From contig CAAEWE010000058.1 in NCBI GenBank assembly GCA_900759665.1, positions 11,100 to 75,099 of the forward strand: a DNA stretch of 64,000 nucleotides. Direction: 5' to 3'. The position numbers and the translations under genes were made by a program. Source of the stretch: Lachnospiraceae bacterium. GTDB taxonomy: Bacteria > Bacillota > Clostridia > Lachnospirales > Lachnospiraceae. The notes beneath the pieces were generated by a model, which saw only the letters and a list, made by a program, of their open reading frames with translations, was not told the origin of the DNA and made no database searches. Of this stretch, positions 47,067-58,061 are shown one piece after another. How positions within the stretch are numbered: the stretch's first letter is position 1; each line of letters starts with the position of its first letter.

Positions 47067-47112
47067 TTTCTTCCCCCGTTCTCAGGAATGCATTGGCGTC
47101 AGCACACGCTAA

Positions 47113-47856
47113 TTACTCATCCCAGTTATGATAAACATCCTGCACATCGTCATCCTCTTCCAGAAGATCCAATGTTCTCTGCAACTGCCTGATATCATTT
47201 TCGTCTGTCAATGTAACATAAGTCTGTGGCAGCATTGTGACCTCCGCACTGGCCATTGGAATTTTTGCTGCCTCAACCGCTTCTCTTACGGCACTGAAAT
47301 CATCCGGAAGAGTAATGATCTCATAGCTGTCCTCTTCCTCTGCAAAATCCTCTGCTCCCGCATCCAGTGCAAGCATCATCAGATCGTCCGCACTCAGAGT
47401 GATATCCGCATCCTCTAACTCCTCTTTGGAAAGGATGATCTGTCCCTTCTCATCGAACATATAAGAGACGCAGCCCTGTGTTCCAACGCTTCCGCTTCCC
47501 TTTGTGAAAGCATTTCTGACATTGCTGGCCGTACGGTTTTTATTGTCGGTAAGAGCCTTTACGATGATTGCCGTTCCGCTTGGACCGTAACCCTCATATG
47601 TAACCTCTTCATAATTTACGGATGCAGCATCACCGGCTGCCTTCTTAATTCCACGCTCAATGGTATCGTTTGGCATATTATTTGCTTTTGCCTTTGCAAT
47701 CACATCACGAAGTCTGCTGTTGTTGGCCGGATCCGGTCCGCCTTCCTTTACTGCAACAGCGATCTCACGGCCAAGGATTGTAAATACTTTTCCTCTTGCT
47801 GCATCGTTCTTTTCCTTCTTGTGTTTGATGTTGGCAAATTTTGAATGTCCTGACAT
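47113..47856 (-). CDS. YebC/PmpR-family transcriptional regulator
   Basis: [26 protein letters not shown]... Start at M22 with an AAAGGAGAG RBS. Confidence 0.85.
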   Translation of the reverse strand: MSGHSKFANIKHKKEKNDAARGKVFTILGREIAVAVKEGGPDPANNSRLRDVIAKAKANNMPNDTIERGIKKAAGDAASVNYEEVTYEGYGPSGTAIIVKALTDNKNRTASNVRNAFTKGSGSVGTQGCVSYMFDEKGQIILSKEELEDADITLSADDLMMLALDAGAEDFAEEEDSYEIITLPDDFSAVREAVEAAKIPMASAEVTMLPQTYVTLTDENDIRQLQRTLDLLEEDDDVQDVYHNWDE

Positions 47857-47978
47857 AATAAAACTCTCCTTTAATCTTTCTAGCCGGGAATATATCCCGT
47901 AACTTATATATTTTATCACCTTTCACGGTTCCTGTCCACGAAACATTTTTATCCGTTTCATGCCAGTCCGTAAAAAGA

Positions 47979-48848
47979 TCAGTTTCCATTTAACTTATCC
48001 CGCATCTTTTTGTAAAAACTCACACCGGAAAGCTTTACAATCCTTGTCTGATCCTCCGGCACGAGTATTTCCAGACGATCCCCTGTCGAAAGCCCCCTGA
48101 CGGTCCGTCCGTCTACCACAAGCACCGCCGTATCCTCCTGAAATTCTTTGGTCTGGCCAAGCTCCAGCACGATCCGGTCTCTGGCAGAAACCACCAGACT
48201 TCGTTTATTCAGAGAATGGGCACAGATCGGTGTGATCACAGTTGCCTCTGTATCCGGCACCATGACAGGGCCTCCCGCCGACAGGTTATATCCGGTGGAT
48301 CCGGTGGGTGTCGATATGATCAGACCATCTGCACGATAGATATCGGCTAATTCATCATTTATATATACCTTGATCGTGATCAGACGGCATTCCCCACGTT
48401 TACTCACCACCACATCATTCAGGGCATAACATGCTTTTCCGGTCCGTTTCCCCTCTCTGGTCAGACTGTTTTCCCGCAGCATAATCCGGTTCTCAATCGT
48501 ATATCTGTCACCCAGCATCAGATCCAGTGCCCGTTCCAGATTCTGCGGTTCTACTTCTGTGAGAAACCCCACGGTTCCCATATTGATCCCCAGAACCGGC
48601 AGCCTGCTGCGTACCAGGTCGATCGCCGCCTGGATCATGGTTCCATCGCCGCCCAGCACCAATACACATTCCGTCTCCTCCGGAATCTTCTCTGCTTCCG
48701 TATAATGCAGCACTCCCTCCGAGATCACACGGCGGTTTTCCAGAATGCAGCATTTGCCGCCCTTTTGTTCCAGATATTCCTGTATATATAATGCCTTTTG
48801 ATTGCTATCCTCTTTGTCCCTGTTCGTGATCACACAAAACCGCTTCAT
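47979..48848 (-). CDS. nadK: NAD+ kinase
   Basis: GGDGT motif (VLVLGGDGTMIQAA) and NMGTVGFLTE. Confidence 0.85.
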   Translation of the reverse strand: MKRFCVITNRDKEDSNQKALYIQEYLEQKGGKCCILENRRVISEGVLHYTEAEKIPEETECVLVLGGDGTMIQAAIDLVRSRLPVLGINMGTVGFLTEVEPQNLERALDLMLGDRYTIENRIMLRENSLTREGKRTGKACYALNDVVVSKRGECRLITIKVYINDELADIYRADGLIISTPTGSTGYNLSAGGPVMVPDTEATVITPICAHSLNKRSLVVSARDRIVLELGQTKEFQEDTAVLVVDGRTVRGLSTGDRLEILVPEDQTRIVKLSGVSFYKKMRDKLNGN

Positions 48849-48894
48849 AACTGTTCTCCATTTCTGATTCCAGACGCATCACACATTTGCTCTT

Positions 48895-49788
48895 CTATAT
48901 GCTTTCTGTAGATTCTACAGTTGTCTCCGCTGTCTGATCATTCTGCTTTTCCGGATCCTTATCCAGCGTTCCGTGAGCCACAGCCACCGTCTCCCGTATC
49001 AGCCCGTCATAGACTGCACGGAAGTTTTCCTGCAGATCGTTCTCCTCCGGGATCTGATCGGTATTACGAATATACAAAAGATATTCGATATTGCCCTCCG
49101 GTCCCTTGATCGGAGAAAAACTCAGCTCCAGGATCTCAAACCCAATGGAAAGAACATACTTCATGATCTGTTCCAGAACCTCCCGGTGAACCTTCGGATC
49201 CCTGACGACGCCCTTCTTGCCAACCTTTTCCCTGCCGGCTTCAAACTGCGGTTTTACAAGGCAGACTCCCCGCCCTTCCGGCGTAAGAAGAGCTTTCACC
49301 GGCTCTAAAACTTTCTTTAAGGATATAAATGCCACATCCACAGAAAAGAAATCGATCGGATCCTCAATATCCTCCGGTTCCACGTAACGGATATTGGTCT
49401 TTTCCATGGAAACGACCCGTTCATCCTGACGAAGCTTCCAGGCAAGCTGATTGGTTCCCACATCCACAGCATACACCTTTGTGGCACCATTTTGCAGCAT
49501 ACAGTCCGTAAAACCTCCGGTAGAGGAGCCCACATCCATACAGATCAGGTCCTGCAGGGGCACCTTCCACAGATCCACTGCCTTCTCCAGCTTGTATCCG
49601 CCACGGCTCACATACTTCATGGGATTTCCCTTTACCTCAATAGACACATCCTCCTTAAAGGTGCTTCCTGCCTTATCTTCTCTCTGACCATTTACAAATA
49701 CATTGCCCGTCATGATGATTGCTTTTGCCTTTTCTCTGGAAGCTGCAAGATTTCTTTTGACCAAAAGTACATCCAGTCTCTCTTTCAA
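48895..49788 (-). CDS. tlyA: TlyA-family rRNA 2'-O-methyltransferase (S4 plus FtsJ)
   Basis: RLDVLLVKRNLAASREKAKAII... and the SAM-binding motif DVGSSTGGFTD. Confidence 0.85.
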   Translation of the reverse strand: MKERLDVLLVKRNLAASREKAKAIIMTGNVFVNGQREDKAGSTFKEDVSIEVKGNPMKYVSRGGYKLEKAVDLWKVPLQDLICMDVGSSTGGFTDCMLQNGATKVYAVDVGTNQLAWKLRQDERVVSMEKTNIRYVEPEDIEDPIDFFSVDVAFISLKKVLEPVKALLTPEGRGVCLVKPQFEAGREKVGKKGVVRDPKVHREVLEQIMKYVLSIGFEILELSFSPIKGPEGNIEYLLYIRNTDQIPEENDLQENFRAVYDGLIRETVAVAHGTLDKDPEKQNDQTAETTVESTESI

Positions 49789-49796
49789 AACAACAC

Positions 49797-51674
49797 CTAC
49801 GCTTTCCTGTCCTCATCTTCCCAGGACAAAATTTTCTTTGTAATACTTTCCGGATCTAACCCGTACTTTTTCTTGAGCTCTGTCACACTGCCATGCTCGA
49901 TAAACTGATCTGGCAGTGTGATATTTAATACCCGCATTGGTGTTCCTTCATACCATGCGGATACCGCCTCTCCAAAACCTCCATTGTAGACACCCTCCTC
50001 CAGAGTGACTACCTTGGAATGTCTCTCCTTAATTTCCCGGAGTACCTGCTCGTCCAGCGGTTTCACAAAACGCATGTTGACTACCGTGATCTTCTGGCCT
50101 TCTGCCTTCAAATGCTCTCTGACCCACATGGCTGTTTCAACCATGCTGCCCACCGCAAGAATGGCGATCTCCTGTCCACGGCAGATCCATTCTGCCTGTC
50201 CCAGTGCAATCTCCTGCTTGTGATCCTGCAGCCCGTCCCATGCCTCTCCTCTGGAATAACGGACTGCCACCGGTGCATTCAACTCCACCGCAAAACGCAG
50301 CATCTGCCGAAGTTCCCAGCCATTCTTCGGTGCCATGACGGTCATGTTTGGCATACTACAAAGATAAGAGATATCAAAAATACCCTGATGGGTCTCTCCG
50401 TCACTTCCTACCAGACCGGCACGATCTACGGCAAAGATCACCGGAAGAGTACCGATACAAACATCATGAATGATCTGGTCATAGGCCCGCTGCAAAAATG
50501 TGGAATAGATTGCAACCACCGGCTTCAGACCGCCGGCCGCCATACCCGCTGCAAAAGTCACGGCATGCTCCTCTGCGATTCCCACATCAAAGAACCGCTC
50601 AGGATACTTTTCAGCCATTGCTGACAATCCCGTTCCGGAAGGCATGGCTGCCGAAACAGCCACAAGTTCCTCCTTCTCCCCTGCCAGCTCCAGCATTGTC
50701 TCACGGAATATATCCGTATATGTCTCCGGTTTTTCCGCTGTCTGACGGCTGCTGCCATCCTTTACGTTAAACGGTGAGACACCATGAAACAGGGATGGAT
50801 TCTTTTCTGCAGGCCGGTAGCCTTTTCCTTTACGGGTGCACACATGAACGATCACGGCTTCCTTCATCTTGGATGCACTCTGAAACGCTGTAACCATCTG
50901 CCGGATATTGTGTCCGTCAATGGGACCGATATAAGTCAGTCCCATATCTTCAAAGAGCATCCCCGGTATAAAGATCCTTTTGACCAGATCTTTGATCCCG
51001 CGGATCCGGCTGGTCAGCTTGTCCCCCAGATGCGGAAGTTTTGTCAGGGCATTTTCCACCTCTTCCTTTAACTCTGTGTAATTTCCGTTGGTACGGATCT
51101 TTCCCAGGTAGCTGGACATGCCCCCTACATTTTTCGATATTGACATCTGATTATCATTTAATACGATCACCAGATTTGATTTCAGCCTCGCCGCATTGTT
51201 CATAGCCTCATATGCCATCCCCCCGGACAGGGCTCCGTCACCGATCACTGCAAAGATCTTATGATGCTCCTGCCGGATATCCCTCGCCTTTGCAAGCCCC
51301 AGTGCCACACTGATGGAAGTAGAACTGTGTCCGGTATCAAAGGCATCACAGTCACTTTCCGACTGCTTGGGAAATCCGCTCATCCCTCCAAACTGGCGCA
51401 GATGCTCAAATCCTTCCTTTCGTCCGGTCAGGATCTTGTGGGTGTAGGACTGATGCCCCACATCCCAGACAATCTTGTCCTGTGGCAGATCACAACACAG
51501 ATGCAGTGCCATGGTCAGCTCCACAACGCCCAGATTGGACGCCAGGTGGCCTCCCGTGTGACTGATCTTGTGTACCAGAAAATGACGGATCTCCTTTGCC
51601 AGCGGCCGGAGCTCGTCCTTCGTCAGTTCCTTTATATCATTTGGTTTTTCGATTTTATCTAAGATTTCTCCCAC
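49797..51674 (-). CDS. dxs: 1-deoxy-D-xylulose-5-phosphate synthase
   Basis: TPP-binding GDGALSGGMAYEAMNNA and transketolase-like domains; 625 aa. Confidence 0.9.
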   Translation of the reverse strand: MGEILDKIEKPNDIKELTKDELRPLAKEIRHFLVHKISHTGGHLASNLGVVELTMALHLCCDLPQDKIVWDVGHQSYTHKILTGRKEGFEHLRQFGGMSGFPKQSESDCDAFDTGHSSTSISVALGLAKARDIRQEHHKIFAVIGDGALSGGMAYEAMNNAARLKSNLVIVLNDNQMSISKNVGGMSSYLGKIRTNGNYTELKEEVENALTKLPHLGDKLTSRIRGIKDLVKRIFIPGMLFEDMGLTYIGPIDGHNIRQMVTAFQSASKMKEAVIVHVCTRKGKGYRPAEKNPSLFHGVSPFNVKDGSSRQTAEKPETYTDIFRETMLELAGEKEELVAVSAAMPSGTGLSAMAEKYPERFFDVGIAEEHAVTFAAGMAAGGLKPVVAIYSTFLQRAYDQIIHDVCIGTLPVIFAVDRAGLVGSDGETHQGIFDISYLCSMPNMTVMAPKNGWELRQMLRFAVELNAPVAVRYSRGEAWDGLQDHKQEIALGQAEWICRGQEIAILAVGSMVETAMWVREHLKAEGQKITVVNMRFVKPLDEQVLREIKERHSKVVTLEEGVYNGGFGEAVSAWYEGTPMRVLNITLPDQFIEHGSVTELKKKYGLDPESITKKILSWEDEDRKA

Positions 51675-51704
51675 GGTGTTCCCTCATTTCTGTTAATCTA
51701 TGTA

Positions 51705-52622
51705 TTATTTCGTACGGTTGATCAGATATTCGATCAGTTCCTCCAAAAACGGATTTTCCCCGGGAAGCTCCTCCAGAAGCCTTACTGCCTCAAGAGAATA
51801 CTCCTCTACTGCCTGATGGGACTTTTCGATCCCATACAGAGTCACATAGGTTGTCTTTTCGTTCTTTTCGTCACTGTGAACCGGCTTGCCCAGCTCCTGA
51901 GTGGTGCTGGTGCAGTCCAGAATGTCATCCTGGATCTGGAATGCCATGCCGACACTGCGGCCGATCTGCTCCATTTTGTCCAGAGAGACATCATCGGCTC
52001 CTGCCAGTGCCGCTCCCACCATCAGTGCACTTTCCAGAAGGGCACCTGTCTTCAGGGTATAGATAAATTCCAGCACTTCCTTATCCAGAGGCTGTCCGGT
52101 CCGTTCCACATCAACCACCTGACCTCCTACCATTCCGTAAACACCTGCCTTACGGCCAAATATCTGAAATGCCTTCGCTACCGCCTTCAGATCCTTTGTA
52201 TGCCCAAAGCAGTCAGAAGCTGTCTCAAATGCAAAGTTGAGCAGGGCATCTCCCGCAAGAATCCCCATATCCTCACCGTACACTACATGCGTCGTCTTCC
52301 TTCCTCTGCGGTAATCATCATTGTCCATCGCCGGCAGATCGTCATGCACCAGAGAGTAGGTATGTACCATCTCCATCGCAGCCATAAACGGCTCGATCAC
52401 CGCCGGATCACTGCCTCCGAAAAGGCGGTAGGACTCCATCATAAGAATCGGACGGATCCTTTTGCCACCAGCCATCAGACTGTACTCCATGGCATCAAAA
52501 ATAGTCTTTTGCAGACCTTGCTTCTTTGGAAGATACTTTTTAAGGATCTCCTCCACCTCTGCCTGTTTTTTCTGAAATGCTTCCTCAAATATTTTTTGGT
52601 CTTTCATTTTATTCTTCTCCAT
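51705..52622 (-). CDS. ispA: (2E,6E)-farnesyl diphosphate synthase (polyprenyl synthetase)
   Basis: FARM LVHDDLPAMDNDDYRRG and SARM FQIQDDILD. Confidence 0.85.
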   Translation of the reverse strand: MEKNKMKDQKIFEEAFQKKQAEVEEILKKYLPKKQGLQKTIFDAMEYSLMAGGKRIRPILMMESYRLFGGSDPAVIEPFMAAMEMVHTYSLVHDDLPAMDNDDYRRGRKTTHVVYGEDMGILAGDALLNFAFETASDCFGHTKDLKAVAKAFQIFGRKAGVYGMVGGQVVDVERTGQPLDKEVLEFIYTLKTGALLESALMVGAALAGADDVSLDKMEQIGRSVGMAFQIQDDILDCTSTTQELGKPVHSDEKNEKTTYVTLYGIEKSHQAVEEYSLEAVRLLEELPGENPFLEELIEYLINRTK

Positions 52623-52803
52623 TTTCCAAAACGATCAGCTTCTTTTCCACCCGGTCGATGGAATTGCTGCAGTTTTTGATCAGCTTCATGCCCTCTTCAT
52701 ATTTCTTAAAGGAATCCTCCAGTGTCATATCGCCCTTCTGGAGCTGTCCGATAATATCTTCAAGCTGTTCAAAGGATTCCTCCAGCGATACTTTCTTTGC
52801 CAT
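52609..52803 (-). CDS. xseB: exodeoxyribonuclease VII small subunit
   Basis: 64 aa, SFEQLEDIIGQLQKGDMTLEDSFKKYEEGMKLIK. Overlaps ispA as in other Firmicutes. Confidence 0.85.
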   Translation of the reverse strand: MAKKVSLEESFEQLEDIIGQLQKGDMTLEDSFKKYEEGMKLIKNCSNSIDRVEKKLIVLENGEE

Positions 52804-52805
52804 AA

Positions 52806-54017
52806 TCAGCCTCCATTCGTCTGTCTGTTAATGGTATCCACCGTCACGCCCGCCTGTCCGTCCGCAAAAGTCAGCGTCAGATGCTGTCCCTGCTGCAGCT
52901 GCTCCACGGAATCAATGTGACCGCCCTGTTCATCTGCCGTATACGTATATCCGCTCTGCAGCTTCTGCAGTGGAGATAACCCTTTCATTTCCTCCGCATA
53001 AAGTGCCAGCCTGTGCTTCGTCTCCACGAGCTGTTTTTCCATGAGTCCGTGCATTCTGTCCTGACATTCTGCCAGATACAGGCGCTTCTGTTGCAATACA
53101 TCCTCCGGACTTACATGCTGCAAAAGAACCATATATTTCTGTAATTCCAGTTTTCTTACCTTCAAAGTATGATCCATCGACTGCTTCAGATCATACTGGT
53201 ACTCCCGCAGGGCAATCTCCATTTCCCGCCAGGAATAAACTGCCAGCTCCGCCGCTGCTGACGGGGTCGGTGCCCTCATATCCGCCGCATAGTCCGAAAT
53301 CGTCGTATCGGTTTCATGTCCCACAGCAGAAATAACAGGCTTTGAACAATCCGCGATCACTCTCGCCAGTGCTTCATCATTAAAACACCAGAGATCTTCC
53401 ACCGAGCCACCGCCGCGGCCTATGATGATCGTATCCACATCCGTCTTTTCAAAATAACGGATCCCGTCGATCACCGTCTGTGCCGCTCCCTCTCCCTGTA
53501 CCTTTGCGGGATAGAGATAAAGCTGTACATAGGGATTTCGCCGGTACGTTACGTTACAGATGTCCTGGATCACCGCTCCCGTTTCTGCCGTAACAACTCC
53601 GATCCGGAAGGCAAATTTCGGGATTGGTTTTTTTCTTTGTTCGTCAAAAAGCCCCTCTGATAAGAGGCGCTTTTTGAGTTTCTCATATTCTTCGTATAAT
53701 CTGCCCACACCATCCTGAACAATGCTTTGGGCATAAAGCTGATATCTGCCATCTCTCTCAAATACACTGATCCGCCCGGTAACGATCACACTCTGTCCGT
53801 CCTCCAGCGTAAACCCAAGACCCCTGCGCTGGGTAGAAAACATCACGCAGGAGATTGCTGCACCGGCATCTTTCAGTGTAAAATAAATATGACCGGAATA
53901 ATGATACTTACATCCGGAGATCTCTCCCTTCACCTGGATCCCCGAAAGCGTATAATCCTGTTTGAAAAGATTTGCAATATACCGGTTGATCTGAGACACA
54001 GTCACTGCTCTGCTCAT
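52806..54017 (-). CDS. xseA: exodeoxyribonuclease VII large subunit
   Basis: OB-fold N-terminus (VKGEISGCKYHYSGHIYFTLKD) and catalytic core (IIGRGGGSVEDLWCFNDE). Confidence 0.9.
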   Translation of the reverse strand: MSRAVTVSQINRYIANLFKQDYTLSGIQVKGEISGCKYHYSGHIYFTLKDAGAAISCVMFSTQRRGLGFTLEDGQSVIVTGRISVFERDGRYQLYAQSIVQDGVGRLYEEYEKLKKRLLSEGLFDEQRKKPIPKFAFRIGVVTAETGAVIQDICNVTYRRNPYVQLYLYPAKVQGEGAAQTVIDGIRYFEKTDVDTIIIGRGGGSVEDLWCFNDEALARVIADCSKPVISAVGHETDTTISDYAADMRAPTPSAAAELAVYSWREMEIALREYQYDLKQSMDHTLKVRKLELQKYMVLLQHVSPEDVLQQKRLYLAECQDRMHGLMEKQLVETKHRLALYAEEMKGLSPLQKLQSGYTYTADEQGGHIDSVEQLQQGQHLTLTFADGQAGVTVDTINRQTNGG

Positions 54018-54019
54018 AT

Positions 54020-54463
54020 TTACTCCTCCGTGCAGTCCCTGACAACAGAACCAAGCACTCCATTCACAAAAGCCGGAGATTTGTCTGTTCCATACAGCTT
54101 TGCCAGCTCCACAGCTTCGTTGACCGCCACGCCTGCCGGTACATCCTCATCATATCGTATCTCATAAATCGCAAGACGAAGAGCTGTGATATCTGCCTTT
54201 GCAAGGCGCTTTAATGACCATCCGTTAGACTTCTCCTCAATCTGCTGATCGATCTCCTCCAGATGCTCTGCAACTGCATGATATTTCTGATCCAGTTCCC
54301 TGCAGACCTTCTCCAGACTCTCCTCTGTCTCTCCCTCTGCCGCACCATTATGGCAGACCTCTTCCAGATATCTGGAAGCCTGACTGTCAAGCTCCTCTCT
54401 GGAATAAAAATCCAGCAGAAACAGCATTTTAAATAAATGTTCCCTGACCTTTTTTCTTGTCAT
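54020..54463 (-). CDS. nusB: transcription antitermination factor NusB
   Basis: REHLFKMLFLLDFY... with the typical 147-aa NusB length. Confidence 0.9.
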   Translation of the reverse strand: MTRKKVREHLFKMLFLLDFYSREELDSQASRYLEEVCHNGAAEGETEESLEKVCRELDQKYHAVAEHLEEIDQQIEEKSNGWSLKRLAKADITALRLAIYEIRYDEDVPAGVAVNEAVELAKLYGTDKSPAFVNGVLGSVVRDCTEE

Positions 54464-54485
54464 GTTTTGTACCTATACCTTTAAA

Positions 54486-54866
54486 TTAGTTTTCATCCAG
54501 TTTAACACCGGCAATGCGGACATTTACCTCCGATACAGAAAGCCCTGTCATATTCTCGATCTGCTGGCTCACTCTCTCCTGCACCTGTCCGGACACCTCC
54601 GGGATACTGTAGCCGTAATTTACCACAACCATCATATCCACACGCACGATACCGCCCTCCATCAGGATCTTTACTCCCTTGGAAAGATTTTTCATACCCA
54701 GCTTGCCGATCAGTTCATTGGTGATATTCCCGGCCATAGAATATACGCCATCTATCTCTGTGGCTGCCAATGCAGCGATTGCAGCAACAACATCCGAAGC
54801 GATCTTTACCTCGCCCAGTTCCTTTTTCTTCGTAATATATTCTCTCGAAGTCTGTTCCTTTGACAC
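54486..54866 (-). CDS. Asp23/Gls24-family (alkaline shock protein-like) protein
   Basis: IASDVVAAIAALAATEIDGV... Asp23 signature. Position matches yqhY. Confidence 0.8.
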   Translation of the reverse strand: MSKEQTSREYITKKKELGEVKIASDVVAAIAALAATEIDGVYSMAGNITNELIGKLGMKNLSKGVKILMEGGIVRVDMMVVVNYGYSIPEVSGQVQERVSQQIENMTGLSVSEVNVRIAGVKLDEN

Positions 54867-55004
54867 GGCACACTACCTCCTTTGTTCTTTTTATAAAATA
54901 TTGCCAATTATTCTAGTTTATTATACCAAATCTCATTATATTTGCAAGCAGACTTCGCGATTTTGTGTTACCGGACAAGGGATGCCTTCCGGCACACCAA
55001 TTTT

Positions 55005-55640
55005 TCACTTTACTGCCACCGGTGTGATCACAATATTGTCGGCGGATATTTTGGTTTTGCGGGTGACAATGTCCGTGATCTGGGCAAGCTGCTGCTGTGT
55101 CAACTCTCCCGCATTCACAATGACATCGGCACTTCCCTTTTCGATGCTGACCACGGAGTCCGTAAAGCCCTTTGCCTCCAGCATCAGCTCTGCCGCACTC
55201 TCCAACCGGGCATCCTGTGTAAGCTGTGCAACCTGATCAATGGCACTTTTTTTATCCTTAGATGCGATCTTATCATTATTGATAATATTCATTAAGGTTT
55301 CCTTATTTTTGGCACGGCTCTGTTCTCTGGACAATCTGGCAGAAGAAAAATAATCTGCCCCCAGGGAATTGGATACCATGACTGCTTCTCCCGGATTTTC
55401 CTCAGATGCCGACTTTAATTCTCCACTGTCTGCCACGGTATAATCGCTTCCTTCCTCCTCGGCAGAAATATCCAGTGTTGTATCTGCCGGTGCCGCCGTC
55501 TGTTTCCCACTGAGAGACATAACACTTTTTAAACCATTTTTATCAATCTCCTGTCCAGTAAAATTTAAATATCCTGCCACGGCAATGAGCACCGCGAGGG
55601 CTGTAATGATTAGTTGATTTTTTCCTGCAAACTTTTTCAT
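55005..55640 (-). CDS. spoIIIAH: stage III sporulation protein AH
   Basis: TM N-terminus, Ser/Ala/Glu-rich linker and YscJ/FliF-like C-terminal domain. Last gene of the spoIIIA operon. Confidence 0.75.
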   Translation of the reverse strand: MKKFAGKNQLIITALAVLIAVAGYLNFTGQEIDKNGLKSVMSLSGKQTAAPADTTLDISAEEEGSDYTVADSGELKSASEENPGEAVMVSNSLGADYFSSARLSREQSRAKNKETLMNIINNDKIASKDKKSAIDQVAQLTQDARLESAAELMLEAKGFTDSVVSIEKGSADVIVNAGELTQQQLAQITDIVTRKTKISADNIVITPVAVK

Positions 55641-55682
55641 AGGATCCCATTCCTTTCCATATTCTGAACCGCATATTTCCTG

Positions 55683-56330
55683 CTACTTCGGACTACCCAT
55701 TTTCATTACTTTAATCTTATGTGGCTCTATAGGAAATAATGCCTCAACCGCCGCAATTATTTCCGAATCGATCACGCCGCTGCCTGCCCCCTGTGCCACC
55801 ACAAGCACTCCCTCCACCTGTGGAGACTGCACCTGTACCACAAAAGGCTCCTTTCCATCCTCGCCCACAAGCACCGGCTCCGTTTTCGAGCTGCCCTGGG
55901 TCTGGTTTCTTGTACCGCCGGTACTGTCGGACTCACGGGACGTACTGCTTGTATGATCCTCCTGCTGCAGGGTGCGTTTTTCCTCGGAGGAGGCGATCGT
56001 CAACATTACATCCACCTCCCCGATCCCTTCCACCTTGGACAACAGCCTCTCCAGTTCTTTTTCCTGTTCCCCGGCATATTGCTTCATTGCCTGTGCCGCC
56101 GTATCCTGTACAGTCTGCACGGTTGTTTCTTTCTTTGTACCATTTTTCGTACTGTCCTTTTTTACGGACATGCTCCCCGACGGAAGGGACAGGATCAGAA
56201 GAAACACTCCCGCCATAAAAATGATCACAAGCTTTGATAAACCGATTTCTTTCCAGTTTACAGTTTTTTTCTTTCCGGCGTTATCCTGTCGTTTCAGACC
56301 TTCTATTAATTTTCTCCATTTTTCCTCCAT
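55683..56330 (-). CDS. spoIIIAG: stage III sporulation protein AG
   Basis: N-terminal TM and C-terminal ring-building-motif domain ...VEGVLVVAQGAGSGVIDSEII... Confidence 0.75.
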   Translation of the reverse strand: MEEKWRKLIEGLKRQDNAGKKKTVNWKEIGLSKLVIIFMAGVFLLILSLPSGSMSVKKDSTKNGTKKETTVQTVQDTAAQAMKQYAGEQEKELERLLSKVEGIGEVDVMLTIASSEEKRTLQQEDHTSSTSRESDSTGGTRNQTQGSSKTEPVLVGEDGKEPFVVQVQSPQVEGVLVVAQGAGSGVIDSEIIAAVEALFPIEPHKIKVMKMGSPK

Positions 56331-56914
56331 ACAATCACCTTCTTTTCCGGAAGTTCATATTTTTTGCAGATCTTTTTTCTTAATTTTGCCGTCCCCGCAT
56401 CAGTTACCTTCTGTCCTCCCTGCAACACTTTATTTCCTACGACGATCCGGTCTACAGAGATCTTTCCCGGATCCTTGTATACTGATGTCTGTAACGTTTC
56501 CTGCCTTAAAACGATCTGTATCTTCTCAAGACCGGGCTCCCCCTTGTGATCCCCGGAAAACTTCACCTTAACCTTCAGGGATTTTTCTCCTTCTTCCTCC
56601 GCCATCCGGCTAATTTCCTTCTCCAGCTCCTCCTGGCATTTTTTCAGCATGACCGATTCCAGTTTTCCGTCTGCCAGTCTGGTCTCCTGTTTTAACCGGG
56701 TCATCTCCTCCCGGAATATCCTCTCCTCCAGAAACTTTCCGATCGTGTCACTGTCCGATATTCGGGACAGTACTGGACTGATGCACAAAACGATCAGGAT
56801 CATTCCTCCCACAAAACGGAATATCTCCCGGAAACCTTCTCTTGCCACCAACCCCTGCAGGATATTGATCATAAAAACATATACAAGAATATTCTGAATC
56901 ATCTGACGGATCAT
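56306..56914 (-). CDS. spoIIIAF: stage III sporulation protein AF
   Basis: Two N-terminal TM helices followed by a soluble domain; operon position. Start taken at MIRQMIQ. Confidence 0.65.
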   Translation of the reverse strand: MIRQMIQNILVYVFMINILQGLVAREGFREIFRFVGGMILIVLCISPVLSRISDSDTIGKFLEERIFREEMTRLKQETRLADGKLESVMLKKCQEELEKEISRMAEEEGEKSLKVKVKFSGDHKGEPGLEKIQIVLRQETLQTSVYKDPGKISVDRIVVGNKVLQGGQKVTDAGTAKLRKKICKKYELPEKKVIVWRKNGEN

Positions 56915-56948
56915 CCGGTTTCCTTCCTTTCCTATAATCTGCTGACCT

Positions 56949-58061
56949 TTATGTCGTAAAGGCACTGATCACCGCAATAGATGAAATAAACAAAAGAGCC
57001 CCCACGCCAACGGTGTAAATATACAGATCCACCGCTTTGACAGCTCCACTGAGTCCCCGGATCAGTCCGGGATCCGACACCGGCTGCAGAACGGCAGCTG
57101 CCACCTGCAAAAGGATCCTGCTTACCACCATCTGCAGCAAAGGAACAGCACAAAGAAAAAATACTGCGATCACTCCTGCCACCCCTACCGCATTTTTTAC
57201 CAGCTTACCGGCACATAACACGGTCTGGAGCACAGAGTTCACGGAATTGCCAACTCCCGGAATGGCACCCCCCATGCGTACGATAGACATATTTTTCACC
57301 TCTGCACTGACCGGGATGATCAGTCCCTGTATTACATTCACGCCCATCATCAGACCAAAGACGGTTTTGACTCCAAACCGGACTCCGTCCCGGATCAGTT
57401 CTGCCATTTTGGAAAACATGTCTTCCCCTGACAGCTGATTTACTATTTCCAGAAAGAAATACAGATGGATCGCCGGCAGAGCAAGACCAACCATAAGCCA
57501 GTCCACCACCATGATCATTGCCAGGGCAAACTCATAATATGCCCCTGCTGCCACCCCGCCCTGGGTAAAGGACAGGCTGATAAAAAACGCCGGTATCATA
57601 ACCTTTATAAATGCCAGCAGGTTTTCTAACGTCTGTGCCGCCAGCTCCGCCACCTGCAGAAACGATGTCGCCAGGATCGAGAAAAATAACAGATATACAA
57701 TATAGTAAGCTGTCTTTGCCACTTCTTTCCCCTGCAGAATTCTGGAAAAATTCGAAAATACCGCTCCTGCCAGAGCCACTGCCAGGAGCGAAACAAACAT
57801 TTTTCGATCCTGGGTAAAGGATGAAAACAGCAATTCCTGAAAGGAGCTTTTCAGACCTGCAAAGGTATCTGTTTTTCCATTTTGAATCAATCCCTGAACC
57901 GTATCGGCAAAACCAAAGCTGCGTTCTCCCATGATCTGATCCATCATCTGCTGGATCTGGTCACAGGATAACCCGTCCATCAGACTGTGATAAAGCTCCA
58001 TATCCTGTCCGGCATCCACACTTTCCTGCACACCCATAAGCTTCCTCCCCTCTGTGGTCAC
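56949..58061 (-). CDS. spoIIIAE: stage III sporulation protein AE
   Basis: Polytopic membrane protein with the SpoIIIAE pattern (…VGVGALLFISSIAVISAF). Confidence 0.8.
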   Translation of the reverse strand: MTTEGRKLMGVQESVDAGQDMELYHSLMDGLSCDQIQQMMDQIMGERSFGFADTVQGLIQNGKTDTFAGLKSSFQELLFSSFTQDRKMFVSLLAVALAGAVFSNFSRILQGKEVAKTAYYIVYLLFFSILATSFLQVAELAAQTLENLLAFIKVMIPAFFISLSFTQGGVAAGAYYEFALAMIMVVDWLMVGLALPAIHLYFFLEIVNQLSGEDMFSKMAELIRDGVRFGVKTVFGLMMGVNVIQGLIIPVSAEVKNMSIVRMGGAIPGVGNSVNSVLQTVLCAGKLVKNAVGVAGVIAVFFLCAVPLLQMVVSRILLQVAAAVLQPVSDPGLIRGLSGAVKAVDLYIYTVGVGALLFISSIAVISAFTT